Shown here: positions 29,770-39,368 of the stretch, in pieces
Layout: every line of letters begins with the position of its first letter
Position numbering within the stretch: the stretch's first letter is position 1
Assembly (NCBI GenBank): GCA_017513085.1
Contig: JAFWDK010000009.1
Coordinates: 1 to 64,000 of the forward strand
Length of the DNA: 64,000 nucleotides
Reading direction: 5' to 3'
From: Clostridiales bacterium
GTDB taxonomy: Bacteria > Bacillota > Clostridia > Saccharofermentanales > Saccharofermentanaceae
Translations under genes and position numbers: made by a program
Notes under the pieces: model-generated
The model's input: only the letters and a program-made list of their open reading frames with translations
What the model was told of the DNA's origin: nothing
Databases searched by the model: none

Positions 29770-31173
29770 TTGCCAAGACAGAACAGACTGATAACAGATG
29801 ACCTGTTAAGAAGGTTCTATATGCTAGAAGGTTTATCGAATAAAGCTCTTTTTGAAAAGATCCATTCGGATTATTTTCCATATTATCGTTCATGGTGCCA
29901 TGATTTTCCTATCGTTGTTTCTACCAAGCGTGATCGAGAACTTGAAAGACTGCATGGTATCCTTTATCGAGCTTGCGAGTTTTATGTATATCATTATAGG
30001 GATTATTTGAATATCATTCCCTATTCGGATAAGGTTTTAGAGATTCTGGACTATTCTTCGCGGTTTCCTTTTCGAGCGGGCACCTTTCGGCCTGACTTTA
30101 TTATAGACAAAAACGGCAAAATATTACTTTGTGAAATCACCTCGCGTTTCTTCGCAAATGGATATTTCATGTCATATTTCATGGAGCGGGTGGGTTCTGA
30201 TATTGCTTTTGCTTCAGGACTTACTGATTACCGTTCTTACTTTGACGCTTTTTTTGACTATATGGCGGATATGTGCCAAGGTGATTCCGATGAGGGGATA
30301 AATAAACTGCTTGTTCTCAAAAGCGAAGACAAATCTGATTCCATAAAACTGTATGTACCGTTTTACCAAGCTCTTGGTTTGCAGGTGAATATTATCGAGG
30401 CAGGGAAAGTTGAAGAGAATATCGATCTTTTCAAAGACAGTATGATCGTCAGTGCACTAAATCAACAAGATCTGCTTTCTTTGTCTATAGATACACTAAA
30501 GAAATTGGCAGAGAATGGTATGCGGAATGACTTTCGGACGATTTTTTTGTTGCACGATAAACGGATGTTCAATCTCTTTTTTAGAGATGATTTCACAAGC
30601 AGATTTCTTGATCAGGAGCAGACTCGCTTTCTTCGTGATCATGTAATCAGGACAGCGATTCCAAGGGTTACAGGGCAGAACAATGATGGTCAAGTGCAGA
30701 GTAATGATGCGGAGCTTAATAAAGATGTCATCATGTGGGAAGATGCAAAAAAGAATAAAGACAGATACATTTTGAAACATCATTGTCTTGGAAAAAGTGA
30801 ACAAGTATACGCTGGACCGCTTACGGATCAAGTTGAATGGGAGAGCTTGTTTGAATCCGGAAAAGTAAATGAAATGATACTTCAACCGTTTATTGAGCAA
30901 AGGATATATACCTCGACTTGGAAAGGTTGTGGAATGAAAGGGAAAACCACGCCGAATGAAGAAATATATCCGGTCTGTGAATCAGATGGTTATTCCGGAT
31001 ACACACTACGAGAATATGTTTCACCGTCTATCCTTTGTGTAGATGATAAGTATTTCGGTTGTGGGCTTTTTAGGACATCCTCCTGTGCAGTCATCAATCA
31101 GGGAGATGCGCATAAAATGGCTCCGTTACTTACCGATGAAATCGATAAGCTTGGAGAGTGTAACATTCTCTAA
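29770..31173 (+). CDS. Circularly permuted ATP-grasp amide ligase (glutathione/glutathionylspermidine synthetase-like)
   Basis: FRPDF...LCEITSR near the N-terminus; NDFRTIFLLHDKR, YILKHHCLGKSEQVYAG and ILQPFIEQ. Start codon uncertain (TTG). Confidence 0.7.
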   Translation: MPRQNRLITDDLLRRFYMLEGLSNKALFEKIHSDYFPYYRSWCHDFPIVVSTKRDRELERLHGILYRACEFYVYHYRDYLNIIPYSDKVLEILDYSSRFPFRAGTFRPDFIIDKNGKILLCEITSRFFANGYFMSYFMERVGSDIAFASGLTDYRSYFDAFFDYMADMCQGDSDEGINKLLVLKSEDKSDSIKLYVPFYQALGLQVNIIEAGKVEENIDLFKDSMIVSALNQQDLLSLSIDTLKKLAENGMRNDFRTIFLLHDKRMFNLFFRDDFTSRFLDQEQTRFLRDHVIRTAIPRVTGQNNDGQVQSNDAELNKDVIMWEDAKKNKDRYILKHHCLGKSEQVYAGPLTDQVEWESLFESGKVNEMILQPFIEQRIYTSTWKGCGMKGKTTPNEEIYPVCESDGYSGYTLREYVSPSILCVDDKYFGCGLFRTSSCAVINQGDAHKMAPLLTDEIDKLGECNIL

Positions 31174-31202
31174 ATTGACTTACAAGGTATCGTAAGTCAA
31201 CA

Positions 31203-31231
31203 TTGACACTTTGCCCCTAAGAATATAAACT
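31203..31231 (+). promoter_or_regulatory. Sigma70-type promoter for the tkt/xylose cluster
   Basis: TTGACA-17 bp-TAAACT. Confidence 0.6.
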
Positions 31232-31269
31232 AAAAGGCAAGTGAGCTCGAGCTCTCATTTTTTTCTACT

Positions 31270-31291
31270 TTTTCGAAAGCGATTTCGAAAA
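31270..31291. promoter_or_regulatory. LacI-family operator-like palindrome
   Basis: TTTTCGAAAGCGATTTCGAAAA (GAAANCGNTTTC core) downstream of the promoter; a LacI gene lies in the same cluster. Confidence 0.6.
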
Positions 31292-31397
31292 GGCATCCTT
31301 CTCCTCAAAAGATGAGGTTTCGAGCCGCTTTTCCCTGTCAGTAATACGCTTTTGCGTACGAAAAGATAAGATTTTGAAGAAGGAGTGTATGGAACTT

Positions 31398-33392
31398 ATG
31401 AGTACACAAAACGAAACAAATGCAATTTCGGCCATCCGCGTTCTTTCTGCGGATATGATCCAGAAAGCAAATTCCGGTCACCCGGGTCTGCCGCTTGGCG
31501 CAGCAGCTATGGCTTACACGATCTGGGGAAAGGAGATGGCTTTTGACCCGAAGGATCCGAAGTGGATCAACAGAGATCGTTTCGTTCTCTCCGGTGGTCA
31601 TGGTTCCGCTCTTTATTATTCTTTGCTGCACCTGTTTGGTGTAGGCGGTCTGTCGATCGAGGATCTCAAGCAGTTCAGACAGCTTGATTCCAAGACTCCG
31701 GGTCATCCTGAGTATGGTCATACAGCAGGTATCGATGCTACAACAGGTCCTCTGGGCGCCGGTCTTTCCATGGCAGTCGGTATGGCGGTTGCTGAGGCAC
31801 ACTTGGCAGAAACATTCAACAAGCCGGAATTCCCGGTAATCGACCATTACACATACGTTATGTGCGGTGACGGATGCCTTATGGAAGGTATTTCCGAAGA
31901 AGCACTTTCTCTTGCCGGTACACTTGGCCTGGAGAAACTTATCGTTCTTTACGACTCCAACAGCATCAGTATTGAAGGTTCCACAGACATCGCGTTCACA
32001 GAGAACGTTCGTGGACGTATGGAAGCTTGCGGTTTCCAGACACTCCTTGTTGAAGATGGTAATGATGTGGATGCTATTGCTAAGGCTATCGAGCTGGCTA
32101 AGGCAGAGAAGACGAAGCCTTCCTTTATCGAAGTAAGAACGATCATCGGTTATGGTTGTGAAGCCAAGCAGGGTACACCGTCTGCTCACGGTGAGCCGTT
32201 GGGTGAAGAGAATATCGCTAAGATGCGTGAGACACTGGGCTGGCCTTGTGCAGAGTCCTTCGTGGTACCTCAGGAGATCTACGATCATTATGCAGAGCTC
32301 GGTGCGAAGGGTACTGAAGCACATGCGAAGTGGGATGCCCTTTTCGCAGAGTATGCGAAGGCTTATCCGGATCTCAAGGCACTTTGGGACAAATACTTCA
32401 GCAATGATTATTCCGCTCTTCTTAACGATGAAGATCTGTGGACAGTAGACGATAAGCCGCAGGCTTCACGTGCTCTTGGCGGTAAGGTCCTTAACAAGCT
32501 GGCTGACCGTATCCCGAACCTCATCGGTGGTTCTGCCGACCTGGCTCCGTCCAACAAGTCCTACATGAACGGCAAGGGCGATTTCAGCAAGGCTGACCGT
32601 GCCGGAAGAAACATGCACTTTGGTGTACGTGAACTGGCTATGGCCGGTATCTCCAATGGTATCCTGCTCCATGGCGGTCTGCGTTCCTATTGCGCGACAT
32701 TCTTCGTATTCAGTGATTACACCAAGCCGATGGCTCGTCTGTCCGCTTTGATGAATATCCCGCAGATCTTCATGTTCACACACGATAGTATCGGTGTTGG
32801 TGAAGACGGTCCGACACATGAGCCGGTCGAGCAGTTGACCATGCTCCGTTCTATGCCGAACTTCAACGTATGGCGTCCGTGCGATGCAACCGAGACAGTT
32901 GCATCCTGGGTAGCTGCAATCTCTTCCGAGAAGACACCATCTGCGCTGGTTCTTTCCAGACAGAATCTTATGCCGCTGACCACTTCCTCGAAGGAAGCGC
33001 TTAAGGGTGCTTACATCGTAGCGAAGGAGTCCAAGGAGACACCGGATGTGATCATCCTGGCTTCCGGGTCCGAAGTTGAACTCGGTATCAAGGCGAAAGA
33101 TGTTCTTGCCGGCGAAGGTATTGATGCACGCGTAGTCAGCGTTCCGTGTCTGGATGTATTCCTTGCACAGGATAAAGCATACCGCGATTCCATCGTATTG
33201 CCTTCTGTTACGGCAAGAGTTGCTATTGAAGCCGGTTCTTCCTACTCTTGGGGCAAGCTTGTCGGCCTTGATGGTGCTTACATTACTATGGACACGTTCG
33301 GCGCCAGCGGTAAGCCGTCCATGCTCATGGAGAAGTACGGTTTCACAGTTGACAACGTGGTAAAGGCTTGCAAAGAAGTTGCTGCAAAGTGA
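31398..33392 (+). CDS. tkt: Transketolase
   Basis: ANSGHPGLPLG, TPGHPE, GDGCLMEG and THDSIGVGEDGPTHEPVE. Confidence 0.97.
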   Translation: MSTQNETNAISAIRVLSADMIQKANSGHPGLPLGAAAMAYTIWGKEMAFDPKDPKWINRDRFVLSGGHGSALYYSLLHLFGVGGLSIEDLKQFRQLDSKTPGHPEYGHTAGIDATTGPLGAGLSMAVGMAVAEAHLAETFNKPEFPVIDHYTYVMCGDGCLMEGISEEALSLAGTLGLEKLIVLYDSNSISIEGSTDIAFTENVRGRMEACGFQTLLVEDGNDVDAIAKAIELAKAEKTKPSFIEVRTIIGYGCEAKQGTPSAHGEPLGEENIAKMRETLGWPCAESFVVPQEIYDHYAELGAKGTEAHAKWDALFAEYAKAYPDLKALWDKYFSNDYSALLNDEDLWTVDDKPQASRALGGKVLNKLADRIPNLIGGSADLAPSNKSYMNGKGDFSKADRAGRNMHFGVRELAMAGISNGILLHGGLRSYCATFFVFSDYTKPMARLSALMNIPQIFMFTHDSIGVGEDGPTHEPVEQLTMLRSMPNFNVWRPCDATETVASWVAAISSEKTPSALVLSRQNLMPLTTSSKEALKGAYIVAKESKETPDVIILASGSEVELGIKAKDVLAGEGIDARVVSVPCLDVFLAQDKAYRDSIVLPSVTARVAIEAGSSYSWGKLVGLDGAYITMDTFGASGKPSMLMEKYGFTVDNVVKACKEVAAK

Positions 33393-33463
33393 TCCGCTGA
33401 CCGGTCCTTTGCCAAGCGAAGAAAAACATTTGAATAGTTAACGATTAGACTTAAGGAGAGACA

Positions 33464-34480
33464 ATGGCAACGATCTATGACATAGCGAAGGCCTGCGGGC
33501 TTTCACCGGCTACAGTATCCAAAGCATTGTCCAATGCCAGCGACGTAAGTGCGGCGACACGGGAGCGTGTCCGTCGCACTGCTTCGGAGCTGGATTATGT
33601 GCCCAATGCCGGTGCGCGTGCACTGAGCCAGAGCCGTACCTGGTCGATCGGAGTATTGTGCCAGGATGCATCTCAGATGGGTCTCTGGCATTATCTTTTT
33701 GCCCAGGTCATCGAGAGCTTCAAGGATTATGTGGAACAGCACGGATACGATATCGTTTTTATCTCGAACAAAGTAGGTAATCTCGGACTGTCTTATCTCG
33801 GACACTGCCGTTACCGCCGTGTGGATGGAATTTTTATCGTGAATGCGGATCATGCGCAGAAGGATACCCGTGAGCTTATGGAGAGCTCGCTTCCGAAGAT
33901 CGCCATCGATTTTGAGGATGACAATATCGGTTGTGTGAAGACCGATCCGGATGAAAGCATGCGCATGATCTACGATCATCTTTATAAGCTGGGACACAGA
34001 AATATCGTTTATTTGCATGGCGAAAGAGGAAAGTATATTACCGAATCCCGTATCCGTGCTTTGGAAAAAGCAGCTGCGGATATCGGGGATAAAGATGCAA
34101 TGTTCCGCCTTTTCCCATCCCATTACTATTCGATCGAGGGTGGATATGATTCCATGAAGCACCTGCTTGTAGCGACTGAGGAAAGCCGTCCGACTGCTGT
34201 TATCGCAAGTGACGATTATTCCGCGATCGGTGTGATCGAGGCCATCCGTGATGCAGGACTTTCTTGCCCGAAAGACATCTCCGTCGTCGGTTTTGATGGC
34301 ATTGAGATCACCCAGCGCACGAATCCGAAGCTGACTACGATCCGTCAGGATACGAAGGCGATCGGTGAAGCGGCAGCCAAGAATATCCTTGCCCAGATCA
34401 ATGGCGAGAAAGTGGAGAAGACGATCGCGCTTTCTCCACAGCTGATCCTTGGAGAAAGCTGCATGGATCTGAATAAATAA
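33464..34480 (+). CDS. LacI family transcriptional regulator
   Basis: TIYDIAKACGLSPATVSKAL HTH; DISVVGFDG and LTTIRQD. Confidence 0.95.
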   Translation: MATIYDIAKACGLSPATVSKALSNASDVSAATRERVRRTASELDYVPNAGARALSQSRTWSIGVLCQDASQMGLWHYLFAQVIESFKDYVEQHGYDIVFISNKVGNLGLSYLGHCRYRRVDGIFIVNADHAQKDTRELMESSLPKIAIDFEDDNIGCVKTDPDESMRMIYDHLYKLGHRNIVYLHGERGKYITESRIRALEKAAADIGDKDAMFRLFPSHYYSIEGGYDSMKHLLVATEESRPTAVIASDDYSAIGVIEAIRDAGLSCPKDISVVGFDGIEITQRTNPKLTTIRQDTKAIGEAAAKNILAQINGEKVEKTIALSPQLILGESCMDLNK

Positions 34481-34537
34481 ATCACGCTTTTGGCTCGCGA
34501 GTGCTTTTGACAAATATTGATGAAATGAGGTACTGAT

Positions 34538-36634
34538 ATGGAAAAATATCTCAACCCGGATCTTTCGTTTCAAGAACGTGCGGAAGATCTGGCGGACAAG
34601 ATGACTTTTGAAGAGCAGGTTCCGCAGTTGAGCTACGGTGCTCCGGCGATCGACCGTTTGGGTGTGCCGGCATATAACTGGTGGAACGAAGGTCTTCATG
34701 GTGTTGCCCGTTCCGGAACCGCGACGATGTTCCCGCAGGCAATTGGACTGGCGGCGATGTTCGATGATAAACTGCTGAATAAGGTGGCGAAGATCATTGC
34801 GACAGAGGCGCGTGCCAAGTATAACGCTTCAGCGAAGAAAGGCGATCGCGATATTTATAAGGGACTGACGCTTTGGAGCCCGAACATTAATATCTTCCGT
34901 GACCCGAGATGGGGAAGAGGTCATGAGACCTACGGTGAGGATCCGTATCTGACATCACGTCTGGGCGTGTCTTTTGTAAAAGGACTGCAGGGCGATGGTA
35001 AGTTTATGCTGGCGGCCGGTTGCGCGAAGCATTTTGCGGCGCATAGTGGTCCTGAGGCACTCCGCCATGAGTTTAATACCGTGGCTTCGAAAAAAGATCT
35101 GGCCGAGACTTATCTTCCGGCTTTCGAAGCTTTGATCAAGGAAGCGAAAGTCGAGGGCGTCATGGGTGCTTACACCCGGTTAAACGGCGAACCGACCTGC
35201 GCAAGCACATTCCTTATGGGCAAGCTGAAAGAGTGGGGCTTTAATGGCTATTTCGTTTCAGACTGCTGGGCGATCCGTGATTTTCATGAATCCCATCACA
35301 TTACTAAAACTCCGACAGAATCCGCGGCAATGGCGATCAATGCCGGTTGCGATCTGAATTGCGGAAATACGTACATTCATATGCTTGAGGCAGAGAAGGA
35401 AGGCCTTGTTTCAAAAGAAACGATCCGCAATGCGGTGGTCCGTCTGATGCGTACCCGTATGCGTCTCGGTCTTTTCGAAGAGCATACTGAATTTGACGAT
35501 ATTCCTTACGATGTCGTAGCTTGCGATGCACACCGAAAAGTTTCCAAAGAGTGCGCGGAGAAGTCGATGGTGCTTCTGAAAAACGAAGGAATCCTGCCTC
35601 TTAAGAAAGACAACATCAAGTCGATCGCGGTCATCGGACCGAACAGTGACAGTATCGATGCGCTTCGTGGAAATTACTATGGTACTTCCGAGGCGCCTGT
35701 AACATTCCTGGAAGGCATCCGCAAAGAGGCGGGCGAGGGCATCCGTGTGTACTACGCGGAAGGCGCGAGCTTGAGTAAAGACCGTATCCAACCGCTGGCC
35801 CAGGCGGGCGATGGCCTGGCGGAAGCACAGATCCTGGCAGAGATGGCGGATGTGGTCGTGCTTTGCGTCGGCCTCGATGCAACACTCGAGGGTGAGCAGG
35901 GTGATACAGGTAATGCTTTTGATTCCGGCGACAAGAGAGATCTTCTCCTTCCGGAAGGCCAGCGTGCCCTGATCGAGAAGGTTCTGGCTGTCGGAAAACC
36001 GACGATCGTCGTACTTTCTGCCGGTAGCTCGATCAATCCTTTGTGTGAAAAAGCACAGGCTCTGATCCAGTCCTGGTATCCGGGTGAACTCGGTGGTGAA
36101 GCGCTGGGTGAGATCCTGTTCGGTAAAGTTTCTCCGTCCGGCAAGCTTCCGGTGACATTCTATGATAGTATCGAGGGAATTCCGGAATTTGCCGATTATT
36201 CCATGAAGAACAGAACCTACCGCTATACACGCGAAAATATTCTTTATCCGTTTGGATTCGGTCTCACATATTCCAATGTCGTCGCAACGGATGCTGTATA
36301 TGACGCTTCAGAAGAAGAAGTCTCTGTGACAGTACAGAATAAGGGCAATGTAGATACAGAGGATGTCGTTCAGATTTATATCCGGAATACATCGTCTTCG
36401 CACGCTACACCTTATCCGAAGCTTTGCGGATTCGCACGCGTAGCGCTGGCGGTCGGAAGTGAGGAAACGATCCGCATCAAGATCAGCGACAGTGCTTTTA
36501 CTGTAGTGGATGACGAAGGAAATGTAATCTCGGATGGTAACACATTTGATCTGTTTGCCGGAATAAGTCAGCCGGATCCGCTTAGCGAAAAGCTGACAGG
36601 TTCTTCCTGCATTCACGTTTCCGTAGTAAAATAA
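34538..36634 (+). CDS. GH3 beta-xylosidase/glucosidase
   Basis: WWNEGLHGVA, RDPRWGRGHETYGEDP, nucleophile motif VSDCWA, SPSGKLPVTFY. Confidence 0.92.
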   Translation: MEKYLNPDLSFQERAEDLADKMTFEEQVPQLSYGAPAIDRLGVPAYNWWNEGLHGVARSGTATMFPQAIGLAAMFDDKLLNKVAKIIATEARAKYNASAKKGDRDIYKGLTLWSPNINIFRDPRWGRGHETYGEDPYLTSRLGVSFVKGLQGDGKFMLAAGCAKHFAAHSGPEALRHEFNTVASKKDLAETYLPAFEALIKEAKVEGVMGAYTRLNGEPTCASTFLMGKLKEWGFNGYFVSDCWAIRDFHESHHITKTPTESAAMAINAGCDLNCGNTYIHMLEAEKEGLVSKETIRNAVVRLMRTRMRLGLFEEHTEFDDIPYDVVACDAHRKVSKECAEKSMVLLKNEGILPLKKDNIKSIAVIGPNSDSIDALRGNYYGTSEAPVTFLEGIRKEAGEGIRVYYAEGASLSKDRIQPLAQAGDGLAEAQILAEMADVVVLCVGLDATLEGEQGDTGNAFDSGDKRDLLLPEGQRALIEKVLAVGKPTIVVLSAGSSINPLCEKAQALIQSWYPGELGGEALGEILFGKVSPSGKLPVTFYDSIEGIPEFADYSMKNRTYRYTRENILYPFGFGLTYSNVVATDAVYDASEEEVSVTVQNKGNVDTEDVVQIYIRNTSSSHATPYPKLCGFARVALAVGSEETIRIKISDSAFTVVDDEGNVISDGNTFDLFAGISQPDPLSEKLTGSSCIHVSVVK

Positions 36635-36713
36635 ATGTTGTGCAAAGAGCACTCCATAAGTGGTTCATTAGGGTGAAAGACCCGAGAAAATAAATATTTA
36701 AGGAGATTCAATT

Positions 36714-38237
36714 ATGAAATATCTTATCGGTATCGACATCGGAACATCCGGTACAAAGACCGCTTTGTTCTCTCAGGATGGAAAACTGGTAGCGGCACAT
36801 ACAGTGGAGTATCCGCTTTATCAGCCACAGAACGGCTATGCAGAGCAGGAGCCGGACGATTGGTGGAATGCAGCCAAGGAAGGCCTGAAGAAGGTTGTTG
36901 CGGATAGTGGCGTGAATAAAGATGATATCGCGGGTATCGGCCTTTCCGGTCAGATGCATGGTCTGGTCATGCTCGACAAGGACTGCAAGGTACTCCGTAA
37001 GTCCATCATCTGGTGCGACCAGAGAACTGCAAAAGAGTGCGAAGAGATCACTGAGAAAGTCGGCCTGGATAAGCTCATGGCAATCACGGCAAGCCCGGCT
37101 TTGACAGGTTTTACTGCTTCCAAGATCCTCTGGGTAAGAAACAATGAGCCGGAGATCTATGCACAGTGCGCACACATCCTCCTGCCGAAGGACTATGTAC
37201 GCTTCAAGCTCACAGGCGAGTTCGCAACTGACGTTTCCGATGCTTCCGGTATGCAGCTTCTCGACATCAAGAACCGTAACTGGTCCGATGAAGTACTCGA
37301 GCTTCTCGACATCAAGAAGGAGTGGCTCGCAAAGGTTTACGAGTCCGTAGAAGTAAGTGGCCGTGTTACAGAAGAAATCGCTGCTGAAACAGGTCTTCCG
37401 GCTGGCATTCCGGTTGCTGCCGGTGCCGGTGACAATGCGGCTGCAGCTATCGGATGCGGTGTCGTAAAAGAGGGAACTGCTTTTGCTACACTTGGTACTT
37501 CCGGCGTTGTATTTGCTCATACAGATGATATGCAGGTCGATCCGAAGGGTCGTGTGCACACATTCTGTTCTGCTGTTCCGGGTGCTTGGCACGTAATGGG
37601 TGTTCATCAGGCTGCATGTCTGTCCCTGAAGTGGTTTAAGAATACTTGCTGTGATGCGGAAGTTATCGAGGCCGACAAGCGTGGCATCGATGTTTACCAG
37701 CTCCTTGACGAAATCGCAGCAGAGGTACCGATCGGTGCAAACCGTCTCTTGTATCTGCCTTACCTGATGGGTGAGAGAACACCTCATCTGGATCCGAATG
37801 CCCGTGGCGTATTCTTCGGTCTGTCCGCAATGCATGAGAGAAAAGATATGCTTCGTGCCGTTATGGAAGGCGTTGTATATGCACTCCGCGATTCTATCGA
37901 TATCTTCAACAACCTCGGCGTCAAGATCGATTCCATGTATGCTTGCGGCGGCGGTTCCAAGAGTAAGTTCTGGAGACAGATGCTTGCAGACGTATTTGAC
38001 TGCACAGTCAATACCTGCGCTTCCGACCAAGGCGGTGCGCTCGGCGCAGCACTTCTTGCTTCTGTAGCAGCTGGTGTATATCCGACGATCCAGGAAGCTT
38101 GCGGCGCGACGATCTTCTCCGCTTCCTCTATGGATGCCAGAGCAGACGTACATGCACAGTACGAGCCGTTCTACCAGATCTATAAGGATCTTTACGCTCC
38201 GATGGCTGAGAACTTTAAGAGACTGGCTAACGTATAA
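36714..38237 (+). CDS. xylB: Xylulokinase
   Basis: GIDIGTSGTK, GLSGQMHG, LLPKDYVRFKLTG and PYLMGERTPH; neighbours tkt and a GH3 xylosidase. Confidence 0.93.
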   Translation: MKYLIGIDIGTSGTKTALFSQDGKLVAAHTVEYPLYQPQNGYAEQEPDDWWNAAKEGLKKVVADSGVNKDDIAGIGLSGQMHGLVMLDKDCKVLRKSIIWCDQRTAKECEEITEKVGLDKLMAITASPALTGFTASKILWVRNNEPEIYAQCAHILLPKDYVRFKLTGEFATDVSDASGMQLLDIKNRNWSDEVLELLDIKKEWLAKVYESVEVSGRVTEEIAAETGLPAGIPVAAGAGDNAAAAIGCGVVKEGTAFATLGTSGVVFAHTDDMQVDPKGRVHTFCSAVPGAWHVMGVHQAACLSLKWFKNTCCDAEVIEADKRGIDVYQLLDEIAAEVPIGANRLLYLPYLMGERTPHLDPNARGVFFGLSAMHERKDMLRAVMEGVVYALRDSIDIFNNLGVKIDSMYACGGGSKSKFWRQMLADVFDCTVNTCASDQGGALGAALLASVAAGVYPTIQEACGATIFSASSMDARADVHAQYEPFYQIYKDLYAPMAENFKRLANV

Positions 38238-38304
38238 CTATAGAGCTAATGAAGTTCCTGAAGTTATGCTAAACTAGAGACAGCTAAATATACCAAAGTT
38301 TATG

Positions 38305-38342
38305 ATCGAGGATCTTCGTTCAAACGAAGATCCTCGATTTTT
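38305..38342 (+). terminator. Rho-independent terminator
   Basis: ATCGAGGATCTTCGTT-ca-AACGAAGATCCTCGAT followed by a T tract. Confidence 0.85.
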
Positions 38343-38468
38343 GTTTTTTCGTTGAATGAGGGCGATAGCAATTTCGCTTTGGCATATGGCCATGTTTTTT
38401 TTCTTCGTTGCCTGTTTTGGGTACGAATGTTAAGATTGATTTATAGAAAATTGATCGGAGGAAAGATT

Positions 38469-39149
38469 ATGCAATATGAGATCAAGGGAGATCAACTTCC
38501 CGTAGTAGTTTGTACTTTGGAAGCCGGGGAGTCTATGATTACTGAGCGTGGAGCGATGAGCTGGATGACCTCCAATATGAGAATGGAAACACAGGCTACC
38601 GGCGGTTTTGGAAAGGCTTTCGGACGTATGTTTTCCGGCGAGTCTATGTTTCAGAATAAGTACACGGCAGAGGGCGGTACAGGATTGATTGCTTTTGCAT
38701 CCAGTTTCCCTGGCGAGATCCGTGCATTGCAGATCGCTCCCGGCAATAATATCGTATGTCAGAAGAGTGCATTTTTGGCTGCTGAGCCGGGCGTGGAACT
38801 CTCGATTCATTTTAAGAAAAAACTTGGCGCCGGCTTCTTTGGTGGTGAAGGATTTATCATGCAGAAATTATCCGGTCAGGGACTTGCTTTTGTAGAGATT
38901 GACGGATCGTTGGTTGAGTACCAGCTTGAACCGGGTCAGACTATGCTTCTGGATACTGGTTATCTTGCCATGATGGATGAGTCAGTTCAGATGGATATCG
39001 AGATGGTGCATGGCATGAAGAATATTTTCCTCGGCGGTGAGGGTCTTTTCAATACGAAGGTGACCGGCCCCGGCCGTGTGTGGATCCAGACGATGCCACT
39101 TAGTGCCGTTGCAGGAATCATCGGTGCACGTCTTCCGGGACATGGCTGA
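38469..39149 (+). CDS. TIGR00266 / AIM24 family protein
   Basis: ERGAMSWM, SGESMF, GFFGGEGFIMQKLSG and GGEGLFNTKVTGPGRVWIQTMP. Confidence 0.9.
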   Translation: MQYEIKGDQLPVVVCTLEAGESMITERGAMSWMTSNMRMETQATGGFGKAFGRMFSGESMFQNKYTAEGGTGLIAFASSFPGEIRALQIAPGNNIVCQKSAFLAAEPGVELSIHFKKKLGAGFFGGEGFIMQKLSGQGLAFVEIDGSLVEYQLEPGQTMLLDTGYLAMMDESVQMDIEMVHGMKNIFLGGEGLFNTKVTGPGRVWIQTMPLSAVAGIIGARLPGHG

Positions 39150-39368
39150 TCGGTCGGAAAGACTAGCCGGATATAGCGCGGAAGCTGTTCCAGGAAAAAC
39201 AAAGATATACTTTTCAGAGAAAGCCTCAGGTCGACAGGATCGGAGGTTTTCTTTTGCGGTAGAAGTACTACGGTTGACTATTTAATCGGAAATGCTATAA
39301 TATCGCGGGCGCGCGAAAAATCGTGCCTCTAATGTGGCCTGATTCAGATAAGGATTTGTGGAGTTGAA

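Noticed and set aside
31338-38153. Long antisense ORFs (31338..32324, 33503..34699, 36708..38153), also 4874..6037
   Set aside because: Shadow frames opposite well-supported genes with biased codon usage; no recognisable motifs.
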